Positions 39,109 through 51,043 of a stretch of DNA of 64,000 nt are shown here, piece by piece. Source of the DNA: Phoronis australis (taxonomy: Eukaryota; Animalia; Phoronida); contig NMRA01000704.1 in the NCBI GenBank assembly GCA_002633005.1, positions 130,902 to 194,901 on the forward strand. Direction: 5' to 3'. Numbering within the stretch: the first letter of the stretch is position 1; the number at the start of each line of letters is the position of its first letter. The translations under genes were made by a program, and so were the position numbers. A model generated the notes under the pieces. It was given only the letters and a program-made list of their open reading frames with translations, did no database searches and was not told where the DNA came from.

Positions 39109-42100
39109 TTAAATGTTCAAATGTCCAGTGGTGACGCCGTCGTCGAACACTTGTCTTTTTGGGACAAAAGTAGGTTAACGCGCACCTCTCTTGCAGTTAA
39201 GTAAACATAGTGTTATCGCCGCCTAACTGGAATCCTTTGTTGAGAGCCGAGCTACTCTTCGTTGTCTGTAATACTTTGAGATTCCTCGCCTTGTCGATTT
39301 TGTTTCTTTCTCGTTGCACTCAATTACAGATAAAATGAGATTTACCGTCGTCCGCCCCCACGTAATACGTTTTAGAGCAAAGCGCGATGCAGTAGTCCCT
39401 TCCAAATTCCAATTTCAATAAGCCGGGCGTGCGCGTGTCGTAGGTTTCGTTTTCTTCTGTGTCCGTTCGCGGAAACCAAAGATGTTTTCCCTCTCGAAAG
39501 CTGCTCGCATGTCTGGTTTAATCACGTACTCTAGATAGTTACCGGATATAGCCATGTACGCCGAGTCTGTGTCCATTTCGCAATATTCGAAATCGGATCT
39601 GTCGACGAATCTTAACATTAAGCCGTAGTAAAACTCCGACATGCGCATCTTTGCGTACAGATAAACAAAGAAGCCTTTTTGAAGCCGCAGGTTCAGGCGG
39701 ATGGTCTTCTTTTTCATCTCCAATTCGTAGGTTCCGTCCGCTATGTAGTTGACGAGTCGAAATTCCGGGAACTGGACTTCCCGTTGAGCCTTAGCCTCTC
39801 CGCAATACTTCACGTCACGATGCCTTTCTTGATTCGTTACCGTCTTACCATACGCGCTGTTACCTATGAGTTTCATCGTTTGCGCCACAATCGCTTTGTT
39901 TAAGTCTTTGTCCCGTTCCCGCCTAGCGTCGCTGACTTCCTCAACAAAGCGCTCGAAGCATTTTACGGGAGCAAATTCGACCACTTGATAGACGTTTGTT
40001 ATCTTCAGGCCGTGATCCAAGTACCATTTTCAGAAGCGGGGTCGCCAACAGAGTTTACTTACAGAAGAAACTTCCCACCAGAGATCGTCGTGGTCGGCTC
40101 ATGATTTTGTTTCTCTCGGCATACTCCCGCATAAAATCTCCTAGGCCGTCTCTGCCGCTGTCTATATTTTTGAATATAGGCTGCATTTCTGAAATCTGCT
40201 CTCTCAGATGGCCCAGGACTTCGATGTCACATTCCACAACCCCGAACAGAGTGCCGTATGGAACGAATGTTTTTAATTGTTCCCTTGTGAAGCTGTAGAA
40301 ACGTTCCGTGGACAACTCTCGTCTTCTGAGAAAAGAACGTAGGGTATCGTCTTGCTGTTTCAAATCCTCAAATTCGCATTCTCAAATCTCTTCGTAATCA
40401 AAGCCTTGATCGGTGATATAGTCTGTAATTTTTCTGGTGTTTTCCATAAGCTCACTTATGGCGACGTTTCGAGTTTCGTTCCTCGTCCTCGGAGTTCCGT
40501 CGTCATTTTTCGTGAGACGTGTCGTGGCCGTGCCAGTAACATCCTTGGAATTGGAACACATTGTGCGACTGACAACAGAAACCGTCCACTGGAATACGAC
40601 GCTGACCCAACCTTTTTCAACCCCGTTGAACTGGTGACGGATACTGATTCCTCGTTACCACGCTACGTAATCCAACCAAGCCGTTGCCTTTCGCGGCTTA
40701 GGGTGGGAAAATTCTCGTTGGAAATTGTTTTCTTGCCTACGACAAATAAATGGTTCGGTCGGTTGCTCGTTCATGATGCTGCGAATGTAAAGAGCATTTA
40801 CGTCGAAACCCAGAATCTTTGACACCGTCTTTGATATTTTTACCACTTTCTCCCTTTGACGTATAAACGTCTTTCTCTTTTCGTGGTGTCCGTGGGAAAA
40901 ATACTAGGACCTCCGACGATATTCTGTTTTAATGTATAACACAAGTCTTTGTGTTTTTCCACGAAGAGCGTAAAGAATACGTTACCGACATTTTTGAAGA
41001 GAATCTTCATGGTCAGTCCGGGCACGCTTATTGCATCCTTGAAGAGGTCGACGCCCTTTTCCTTGTAGAATGTTGCAATGGTATGGACGGCTTCCAGCAT
41101 GGGTCCGGTGTCTTTTTTATTGTACCACACCAAAAATGTTTCGGACACTTCATGTTGTTGTCTTTCCATGCCCTCTGACAGGGCGTAATCGCCGTCGCTT
41201 ATCGCCTCCCGTTTCAAAGTGCTGTAAAAAGCGGCTTGAGGTGGTAGAACCGTTTCATCTAGTCTACCCAAGTTGTCCACGTACTCGTAGGGAAAGAAAC
41301 TTTTCTCTTCAGTCGTCTCGTAGGCCTTCAAAAATTTTGCATAGCTAGAACCCGAGGCCAAGTAATTGGCAATGCCGAGAAATTTAAGTTGATCTGTTGT
41401 TAAGCACATCAAGTTATTGTTGCGCTTGATCACGAATCTAAAATCCTGCATTGATAAAAGTATTGGAAAAAAACTGCTTCTTCATGGTATTCAGGTCGAA
41501 TTGAAACCAACCGTCTTCATCTGTTTGAGGTAACGATCAAACTCGGCGGCCAGGTCTTGCAGGACGTGACGAGGATGTTTATCTTCGGTGTCCCCGTCTT
41601 TGTCAACGTCATCCACCTCGGCGTTGTCTGCTACATCCCCACGAACCCTCTCCTGAATTTCTTCGAAGACCCACGCAAACTTCTCTCTTAGTAGGCGGTA
41701 TGCCTGGTCATTTACAACGACAAGATGTTGAATTATTTTTCTCACCACTTCTTTGGGGTCACCGTTAAATACAAAAACCTGCGGATCTTCAAACCTGTCG
41801 AAGTTACTGGCCACAGTAACGTTCATGATCTCGTGTTCTCTCTCCCAGGTTAGTTTAGGACCTCCGACTTTTTCCGTTGGTTTCATGAACGCTTCTATAT
41901 CAAACGCCTCCCGGTAGGGATACTACCGATCGCTTTCGGGAACGACGTATCCCTCTTCTTCCCATTTTTCGAACACTGTGCGTGGTGTTATGTACGCTTT
42001 ACCAGGAACTGAACGTATCTCACGCTGTTATCGCACGTTTGTTGGTGTCTAGACACTTTCGACGCGGTACTCTAAAACGAACCACAGAGATTACATTGGT

Positions 42101-42860
42101 AAGACCTACAATACTTTTGATGTCGTGAATGTACGACACGTGGTCTTCATACAAGTTAAGAAAAAGTTCGTCGTCAAGCTGGCGATGGGGTCGACAAAGC
42201 AAGCGAGCTGTGACACCGTCTTCAGATTCTTCCAACTCGTACACGTAGATTCCGATTTGAAAAACGATTTGCATTTCCGGAACATCGTCCAGGAAAACGC
42301 CTTGGAACTGATTCGATGGAATACCTTTATGACGACGATATTGGTTGAAAAGTTGTTTGGTCAACTTCTGTAAAACCCTCTCAGATTGCGGCCAGACAGC
42401 GAAAGAAACACAACCGATCGTCGTGTTTCCCGTTTGCGTCGCTTGTCATCGCCCACATGCCTTTATCATGTACAAGGTATGGTGGAAGTGAAATGGGCGC
42501 GCCAATGGGGTGACCAATCTTGTGTGTTACGAAGACAGTTAAGTTGGTAACGAGTTCAACGATCCACCTCGACGTGGGTCGTCGCTGTCTCGCCAATTCT
42601 AGAACGTCCAGGTCACCTAGAATGGAACATAACGCATCCAGATTTCGTTCTCGCCCCACAACAAGGGGTTCATCCATAAACGCGTTAAACTAGAATGAAA
42701 ATACCGGAGTTCGTTGTATTCTTGGTTTCTTAAAATAAAACCGTAATAAAAATTTAATTTAAAAACAACAGTCTGTTGTCTAAATACACAGCAGGTCTTC
42801 TCGCAGGTTTTTTGGGATTCAAACTCTGCAGTCTTAAGTTGTAACTATCTTGCAGCCTTC
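39109..42860 (-). pseudogene. Protein-primed family B DNA polymerase (pPolB), frameshifted
   Basis: Exo I AFDIEAF (~41900), KSFFPYEY, NIVGGPS, motif A ILGFDVNALY, motif B KLIGNSAYGK, motif C EMDTDSAY, C-terminus TYFCPKRQVFDDGVTTGHLNI* (stop 39109-39111), N-terminal FKLNFYYGFILRN and DRLCFFRCLA. Confidence 0.95.
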
Positions 42861-42861
42861 T

Positions 42862-43075
42862 TCTTATGGCTGTGCTCAGGAAACGAAAACGGATGGCACC
42901 ATCGAGCTGGAAAGAGTTTTCTCAGGAATTGATCAATGTCAATGTTCCACGGGAAGTTATTAGAAATAAAGGAGGTTGGTCGTTAGTACAAGAGAGCACG
43001 GAAACGACTCCCAAATAAAGAAACGAAAAAGGGTTGTATCGCGGCCGCGTTGGACCCCATATTAGCCATTAACAC
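42862..43075 (+). pseudogene. 3' remnant of a conserved Polinton hypothetical protein
   Basis: VLRKRKRMAPSSWKEFSQELINVNVPREVIRNKGGW resembles the P.GW..F...L...NVP...I.N..RW motif recalled from Polinton ORFs upstream of the integrase; 5' part missing. Confidence 0.5.
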
Positions 43076-43087
43076 CTCTTATTCGCA

Positions 43088-44158
43088 ATGAGACAAAAGA
43101 GAAAGAAACAACGTAGCTTTGATGATGAATTAAGACGAGTCTACCACTATCCAAGGCACCCGGGAAGTTTTGGAGGAATAGACTCCAGCCAACGAGGCCT
43201 GAAAGGCAAAGTGAAGAAAAGGATTGTGAAAAAATGGCTTAGTGACCAAGACACTTACGTTCTCCACAAACCTATGGTTAGAAATTTTACGAGATGACGC
43301 GTTATCGTTGGATCCATTAACCAACAGTTTCAGGCCGACCTTGTAGACGTCTCCAAGTTGGCCAAATTTAATGACGGCCAAAGATATATTCTTACGTGTA
43401 TAGACGTACTCTCGAAATACGCATTCGCTGTTCCACTCCGAGACAAGACGGGAAAAAGCTTAGTTGAAGCTTTCAAACTTATTTCCGCCAGTGGACGGAA
43501 TTGCAAGAACTTGCAAGGGGACGGAGTTTACGAATCGTGTCTTTCAGAAATTTCTAAAAGACGAAGGAATTGGCTTCTTCACTACCCATAACGAAAAGAC
43601 CAAGGCAAGCATCGCCGAACGATTTAATCGCACTTTAAAAACGAAAATGTATTTACCTCTAAAAATACATCGTGATTCGTTGACGTTTTACACGATCTAG
43701 TGAGGTCCTACAACAACACATACCACCTATCTACCAAGACCACGACCTCGCCTGTCACACTAGAAAATCAAGAGACAGTATGGCAGACATTTCACGGATC
43801 GTATACGAAACAGACCAAACCGAAATTTAAGACCGGCGGCCGGGATGTTATAAGTATGGCAAAATGTCCTTTCAAGAAGGGATATTTACCCAATTGGATT
43901 GAGGAGTTCTTCACTATTGATAAAGTGGTCTCAAGCACACCGACAACATGCACAGTGATGGATGATCAAGGAGAAATACTAGAAGGAACGTTTTACCAAC
44001 AGGAGCTTCAAAAAGCAGTCAATAGTAACGTATACAAAGTGGAGAGCGTTCCCCAAAACCCGTCAAAGAAAAAAGTAGACTGATTATCTCGTGAAGCAGG
44101 CGGGATAACCCGACTCCTTCAATTCTTGGGTTAACGAGCGTCAATTTGTCACCTATAA
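43088..44158 (+). pseudogene. Retroviral-like (rve) integrase with C-terminal chromodomain, frameshifted
   Basis: YHYPRHPGSFGG, WLSDQDTYVLHKP, FQADLVD, LTCIDVLSKYAFAVPL, KGTEF, ASIAERFNRTLK, KGYLPNW, GTFYQQELQK, chromo-like YKVESV...YLVK...PDSFNSWV. Confidence 0.93.
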
Positions 44159-44194
44159 CAATTGATACTTACACAATTGCCCTCATTCACTAGC

Positions 44195-44458
44195 ATGAGT
44201 TCCAACGAAACAGACGCACCCGAGGAGAATTTTAAACTTGGTAATATTACAGAGAGACACTGGCCGTTATTCGGACGAAAAATACCGAAGAAGGAAATCG
44301 TCTTTTTCAGTCAAATGATCATCCTCTTCACCGTCATAGTGTAGAGTTTGTACAATTTGACAACAGGGAACGACAATCAGACTCTTTGAGTGACGCTGAC
44401 TAGTGCTTCACTTGGTGTCGTCTTATCTAACCTGTCTTTAAACAAGAATAACAGCTGA
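44195..44458 (+). pseudogene. Small two-helix membrane protein of Polintons (two premature stops)
   Basis: WPLFGRKIPKKEIVFFSQMIILFTVIV*SLYNLTTGNDNQTL*VTLTSASLGVVLSN; two hydrophobic segments. Confidence 0.6.
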
Positions 44459-44462
44459 ATCG

Positions 44463-45172
44463 ATGTTCTATCGTACACTTCCGAGCAATAGCTCCATGGA
44501 CTATTACCCCGACAACACACTCGCTTTCCAGAGACATAGACCTGGACGGACGTTGGGAGGTAGGGCTTGCAGAAATTCAATTTCCTAACACGTACTACAA
44601 CATAAGACACGGCGAAGCTTGGATGAGAACGAAACTAGGAAAGGACGACGGGTATGCGCTCAAGGCTCTCGCTCCGGGATTTTACTACAGCTTAAAAGAA
44701 CTCGTCAAAAGTGTCAACGGCATGCTTAAAGAATCCTGGGGTTAAGATAGAGATAAAAAAATTAAACTGGGTTACAACGATGTGACTAACAAGATGCATA
44801 TGCGTGTCTAGAAAGGGGCTAAATTTACTTTCCGTCCGAAATTAAAAGACATGTTGGGACTGGATCGGGTATTTATTACCCCAGACAAATTGTCGATGTT
44901 CATCGAGGATTTTACGCTCTATACGTCTACTGTGTTCTCGTGGAATCGGTCGTTGTGGGAAACACACTCGCATCACTGTTGAGGATTGTTCCCTTGACAA
45001 GAAAGCCTGCGGAGACAGTAGTTCGGTTTTTTGAGACAATTCAGTTCAACGAAATCACTTTGGTAACATTGAAATCGACATTCGTGACGATGTGGGTGAT
45101 GTCATTCCATTCAATCGTGGTAAGGTTGTGGTCAGTCTTGCTCTAAGACGTGCCCGTACTTCTTATTTTTAA
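44463..45172 (+). pseudogene. Minor capsid (penton-like) protein, internally deleted and frameshifted
   Basis: MFYRTLPSNSSMDYYPDNT, LDGRWEVGLAEIQFP, VGNTLASLLRIVP, IEIDIRDDVGDVIPFNRGKVVVSL. Confidence 0.85.
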
Positions 45173-45238
45173 CAACCCATAAAAGAGATTGAATAAGCCG
45201 CGAATCCTCATTCCACAAGAGGCAACTGTGCTCAACAC

Positions 45239-45680
45239 ATGATGAAAAGATCTAAAAGTTTTTATTGTTGCAAAAGCAACCGCCAACTATTCGACGACTA
45301 CTACACCGTGCAAGCAGGGAGCGGTCGTCCCGTTTTCGTTGGTGCTCGCATGCAAACTGGGCACGGCCCGTTATCGGGGGACTGTTTCGTTCAGCTCTAC
45401 CTCTGCTCAAAAAGGAGCCTCTGCAATTGGCAAGCAAGCTTTACGGACTGGAATTGACTTTGCGGGTGACTTGTTGCAAGGGAAAAATGCAAAAGCAGCC
45501 GCCGTAGAACGGTACAGGAAGGCTTGGGGGGAGTTGTTGAACAAAGCTTCCTCCTTTGTTGGTGAACGCCCTCCGGGTTTGCCGCACAAGGCTATAAAAC
45601 GTAGAATACCAACCAAAAGAGTTAGTTCAAATAGAGAAAGAAAAGAGCAGCATCGCAACGCAGAGACATCTTTTCTTAGA
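45239..45680 (+). pseudogene. Conserved Polinton core/cement-like basic protein, frameshifted
   Basis: DDYYTVQAGSGRPVFVGARMQTGHG, then GGLFRSALPLLKK / GASAIGKQALRTGIDFAGDLLQGKN and a basic tail. Gly-rich motifs resemble adenain cleavage sites. Confidence 0.65.
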
Positions 45681-46784
45681 ATGACTTTCGTACACGACAG
45701 GTCCTTTGAGTGTGTCAAAAGTGACCTTGATTTGTTTGCCGTGCCTCCTACTCAGACCAGCATAGAACACGGTCAGTGGGTGGAACACAGCCCCATCTCC
45801 ATCGTCAAGGACGGTGGGCCGCTGCAATTATTTGTCCCTGGTTCCGATGACGAATACGTGGACTTGGAAAACACAAAATTTTACGTCAGGGCAAGATGGA
45901 TCGGATGTCGCTGCGGATGTCAACTGTGTCCTTACCAACTTATGGCTACATTCGATGTTCGGTCAAGACGACATCTCTTTGAACGGCAGGAAGCCGTACC
46001 ATTGAAATGAAAGGGAGACTCTACAGTTACATATTTATGCAAGACAGGTACCTACAACGTTGACATAAAGATAAGATTGGTGCTAAGCAAGAACGCGTTC
46101 GCCGTCATATCCCCGACAGCGGGTGCGAGTTTCAAAATCAAGATCCAGGACGCCGCCTTATTCGTCGTTAAAGTGAAACTCAGCCCTACTGTACAGCTAG
46201 CGCACTTAAAGGCCCTCTACAAAAGCACCACAATGTACACTTTGCGACGCGTCGAATGCAAAGTATTTTCCTTCCCAGCCGTTCACCTGTCTATCACCCA
46301 AGAGAATTTGTTTTTAGGTCAAATTCCTAAGAGGGTTGTTGTGGGCTTTTGGGATACAGACCCCTAAATTGGATCGTACGCCAAGAACCCTTTCAGCTTT
46401 AAACATTACAACATCAAATATCTCTCTCTTTACGTCGAAGGAGTGAAAGTTCCTTCTAAACCAGCACAACCGAAATTTGACAAATCTACGTTCGTTAGAG
46501 CTTTCACGACCTTGTTTTCGGGAACGGTGCAGAATTACGAGGACGAAGGCAACGACATAGGACGTCTGGATTATGCCGGTGGGAACACGCTGTTTGCTTT
46601 CGATCTGACCCCTTACTTATTGGATGGGGGTCACTTTAATCTCATAAAACAAGGAAACCTCTGCTTGGAAGTTCATTTCGTATCGGCACTGCCTTCTACA
46701 GTAAACGCCGTTTCTTATGCCCAGTTTGAGAACATTGCGGAAATTGACAGAGCTAGAAACGTCTTGTTTGACTTCACACCATGA
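45681..46784 (+). pseudogene. Double jelly-roll major capsid protein, disrupted
   Basis: MTFVHDRSFECVKSDLDLFAVPPTQTSIE, EYVDL, YTLRRVECKVF, NLFLGQIPKRVVVGF, KNPFSFKHY, GNTLFAFDLTP, GNLCLEVHF, EIDRARNV. Confidence 0.93.
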
Positions 46785-47275
46785 GGACTGATCAGATTAC
46801 TGCGATTCTAGAAACCGATGAATTTATGGGACCGGTCTTTGGCGGTTGTCTTGCCAGTGATGAATTGTGTAACCTAGGAGTCGTTTCACATCCGCATGCT
46901 TACGTTTACAACTACGATCCTAGCTACAAACCTGGAACACACTGGGTGGCTATTTATCTAACCCAGCATGGAAAAGGAGAATACTTTGAATCTTACGGCT
47001 TGCCACCGCTATCGGACCACTTGCGAGTCCTTCTCGACAGAAATACGAATGGATGGACAACTCAGACCAGACAACTCCAGGGACTTTCGTCGACTGTTTT
47101 TGGACAATATTGTATATTTTATTTGTTATATCGGTGCCGTGGATGGAGCATGGACTTTATTGCGAATTTGTTTGATAAAGACACTAAAACTAACGATCGC
47201 TCTGTTTTAGAATTTGTGGACGGATTAATGAAATCGCAACTCGTACATGCATATACATATATATTCAACGTGTGA
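46781..47275 (+). CDS. Adenain-like cysteine protease, open frame but predicted inactive
   Basis: 164-aa ORF with PGTHWVAIY, YFESYG and LQGLSSTVFGQYC (canonical Q..S..CG.YC has Cys replaced by Phe). ATGA overlap with the MCP stop. Confidence 0.88.
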   Translation: MRTDQITAILETDEFMGPVFGGCLASDELCNLGVVSHPHAYVYNYDPSYKPGTHWVAIYLTQHGKGEYFESYGLPPLSDHLRVLLDRNTNGWTTQTRQLQGLSSTVFGQYCIFYLLYRCRGWSMDFIANLFDKDTKTNDRSVLEFVDGLMKSQLVHAYTYIFNV

Positions 47276-48127
47276 ACGCTCATTCTAACTGATGGTATTA
47301 CGCTACGGAGATTATTATATTGAAATTGAAATATTGGTTGTTGACGTGTGTTTGTTTACGAAAAAGAAAATAAATAAATATTGGAATAATCGGAAATGAT
47401 TATAATAATCTTGCCACAGAGGTATTGTTGGTACAAAACTTTTAGACAACTTCTGAGGATTTGCCTGTTTTTCGTCTACAAAAAATAATTATAAATCAAA
47501 AAAGGATATAAAATCTTGAATGTCGAATGTAGACGGTTGATCCAAAACAACAAAGGATTGAACACCAAGTACGCGAAACGGTACCTCTAAAGTGAAGAGT
47601 TAAGAAAATGATAGTTAAATTTGTCGATAGTTTTTTGACGAAATTGCACATGTTATTTATCGGTGTCGAGGATGGAGCATGGACTTTATTACTAAAACTG
47701 CACAACTCGTATACAAAAAGTTCTGATACTATTGAATATAGATGATCTATAACATAAAAAATAAAAAGCGAAAAAAAAATTAAGCAAATAGATATTTAAA
47801 CAAGGTTTTGAATATTGAATAAGGGGAACTGTTTATGATAAACTCACCACAGAGGTAGTGGTAGTACGGAACAGAATTATGAGGATGTCTGGATTATGAC
47901 ACGGGCAACACGCTGTTTTCCTTTAGACAACTTCTGAGGATTTGCCTGTAAGTCATCTACAAAGAAAATAATAGTAATAAAAAACGCAAACGGACGGATA
48001 TTTGAAATAAGGTCTTGGATATTCAATGTAGAGCAACAACGCGTCGATACGGAAAATCCATATTCAATGCGCGTTGAATTCAGAAAATCCATAATCAACG
48101 ACCCGTATTTCATGGCCCCTACTATCA

Positions 48128-48265
48128 CGCGTATAGGATAAAATACATACACAAAACGTATCGAAAATGGCGTGCATGAAGTAATACAACACGAGACATT
48201 ATGCCGCCTATCGACAGAGACCCAAGGTCGAGGTCGATACGCGGCGTAATGTCTCGTGGGATATA
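48128..48265. repeat. Truncated family C-related end (subterminal repeat + hairpin)
   Basis: gcgtataggataaaatac...acaaaacgtatcg...acgagacattatgccgc...gcggcgtaatgtctcgt. Confidence 0.65.
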
Positions 48266-49757
48266 GACAAGACAGAGATCGTGTACTATAGTTTACATAA
48301 CAGCCACAGGCTTCGCATACCGAAGTTAGCCATTACACGAATGCTCAAAACAAACCAGCACAACGGCTCAGCATGGTAGTGAGCTATTCAAAGTCATATT
48401 CCTGGGTTGTACAAGGTCTGTGTTTTATTAAATATGTGATCTGACATGAATTTGTTGTTTGTTTATTATTCTAACTTCTGTTTTAATTATTTCAAATGGT
48501 CATCTAGTGTTATGATTTTAATTGTTTACTTTCTTGAAGCTGAACTGTCCCCTGGAATCTATCTACACAGGTTCTTAACAGGATGACACAGTGTTCACAG
48601 AAATATCCCAGAGCCAAATAACAAATTCCTAATATTGCCACATTGCGATGAATTTCGTATGATTTCCATTAGTTGACCTTAGTGAATCACTAAAGGAATC
48701 TTAACAACTGTTATTAATATTGTTCTCGTGAGTCGCTTAGTTCAGTTGCACCCCATTACTGTCCTGGTGATATCCACATCAAACAGTGCATTTAAAAATG
48801 GTATCAACAACCATGTTTTGTACTGGACTTAAGAAAGCAAAACTAGTTCTGTACATAACTGACAATGACCTTGATCACATTTGTTTTACTAGGCCAAAAC
48901 AGAAGCACCACCTTAATTTTAAAGTTTGTAACAATGACTTTATTATGACGTAGATGTGTTACACAGTGAAATCTTTGTTGAGCAAACTGTTGCATAGTTG
49001 CGTATATTTTACTTTCAGAAATTTCTTGAAACAGTACATGTTACCACTTGGAATGGGCAGCTTATAAACTCCGGAATTTAGTCCATTTCTTCCAAATTTT
49101 GATCTCGGATTAGATCAGCACATAGGTTCACAAGCCCAGCACAGAAAATCAAGTAGTTATCCACTGATTCTGTGCTTTACACTGGAATACTGGTACTCAA
49201 AATTTTGAAAACTTTTAAGTCTCCGTATTGCTCGCTCCAAATTGATTTTTTTCTGTGGAAATGCGTCATGTTTTTGCCAGACTTTTTTTACTAAGGTGTG
49301 ACTTGCCTTTGGTGAAAGCTGGTATGTTTAACTTAACTCGTCTTGGAAACAGTCCAGTTCATCAATAGTAAAACCCCTATCTGCCATAACTTTTGTCTTT
49401 GGGTAAAAGGTATTTCAGAAATCCAGATTTTTGAACGGTACATGTATTTGTCACTACCCCAGTTCCCCCAAATGCTTTAGATACGTACATGGTGTACCCA
49501 TTTTTGGTGCAATTGCAACCATGTACTTTGCAGTATTGTGTGATTTGTACTGGCTTTAGATTTCACTCCCTATCAATGATTTCAACTCAGCTGATCTGCT
49601 ACCAAATACAAAACACAAGCAGGCACACCAGCTCAGAAGGCTGGTTTTACAGACAGGCTGTACTGACTCCAGTGTTTAGTCTAGCATGCATGTAATGGCC
49701 TGACCTCAATATGGCGCTCCCCAGGAATTCGGCAGTTTCCGTGATGGAATCTGCCTA

Positions 49758-50460
49758 TATACACAAAACGTACCAAGAGTGGCGTACATGAAGTAATATC
49801 CCACGAGACATTATTACATGGAATAATGTCGAGTGGGTTATTACTTCATGTACGCCAATCGAGGTACGTTGTGTAATTATGCCATACGCTTCGAATTCCT
49901 AAGTTCCTTTCATTTTTTCCGCAGATTTTAAAAAAACTTCACTCAGACTGTTCACATCCTATATGAATGTACTTACGCGTTAGGCTGCAAGTTTTCTCTA
50001 GTAAAAGAAACAGTTTTAAGCGTGACGATTTATTTCTTGAAAAGAGATAACAAAGATGAAAACAAGGGTAACTTTTCATTGAACTTGTAACATCTCCTGA
50101 AAATAGTTAAATAACAACAATATTTGATATTGTAGCTACCGATGAATCGGCGCCCAAGTTGCAGACGATAAAATATTTAGCAAATGAAAACTGGCCCAGG
50201 GACAGTCTTGTTCCAGATGTTACGATTGAGACCTGGTTGTATGTTGGACGTTATTCACACTGCTATACATGTAATTGTATTACCTCAAACTATTTTCCAA
50301 AAGTTTGGTGATTGAACCGACGTCGAGTCGACATTGACCTATCTTTTGAACTTCCCATGTCAGAGGTCACTGTTGAAGTAGTGCGCGAGGTGAATACGGA
50401 AAACGTTATTGCATGGCCGTATTTCCCTCTACAGATTCAATGTGTATGGGATAAAATACA
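49758..50460 (+). repeat. Family C copy
   Basis: Same palindrome and gtatgggataaaat end as 28526-29612, but lacks that copy's ~28890-29260 segment. Confidence 0.8.
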
Positions 50461-50855
50461 ATATCTGAGCATGGCATACGCGCGCAAGTAATATTTTGAT
50501 ATTTTGGTCTGAGTACACACGCAAACTTAATCAAATTTTCAGCAGACAATGATCAGAAATTCTCACTAACCTCAGTAATGAACGTTCACTTGTGTTGGTC
50601 CAATGTAAGTTAGGCAGCAATCTTATTCTCAAATCATTGCAGAAGGGGCATACACAAATAAAGTGAAATTCTTCAATAACAGTTAACCAGAGCTTTGTTT
50701 ACATAAAGAACATATACGTAGATATTTATCAACAGATAGATGTCGTCCCACCTCGGCCGGCAGTCTGCTGTTCGAAAATCGAAACCTTGAAAAGGGACTT
50801 ATGAAGTGACTTCTGTATTTCTCAAGTAACGTTCTGTTTCACATGTTTTATTTAG

Positions 50856-51043
50856 GACGATTATCAAGTCATCGTCAGTGACTGGCATTATCCACGCTCG
50901 TTCATATTCTTAACGATAAGGGAGCAAATTCATCTTGATATGAACAGGAAACTTTATCCCAAGACTGGACCCGACGGCACACCTGTTGACAAAAGTGGGA
51001 CCCTGATTTCTGTGACTGCCTGTAAGCTGAGTGGTGGGGCGTG
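50856..51043 (+). CDS. Host gene exon 5 (LamG-like domain, middle)
   Basis: ttttatttag acceptor, phase 0; DDYQVIVSDWHYPRSFIFLTIREQIHLDMNRK...TLISVTACKLSGGA + TG|GTAAGT. The split TG+G codon rebuilds the conserved Trp of W-H-x-V. Confidence 0.8.

Larger units (their letters stand above)
38378..48130. mobile_element. Decayed Polinton/Maverick (adintovirus-like endogenous dsDNA virus)
   Basis: Contiguous pPolB (-), then integrase, TM protein, minor capsid, core-like protein, major capsid and cysteine protease (+); intronless, tightly packed, many frameshifts and stops; AGT-starting left terminus. Confidence 0.95.

Noticed and set aside
45407-45827. Antisense ORFs over Polinton genes (also 39679-41348 on +)
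   Set aside because: Shadow frames of the real coding strand, with no motifs.
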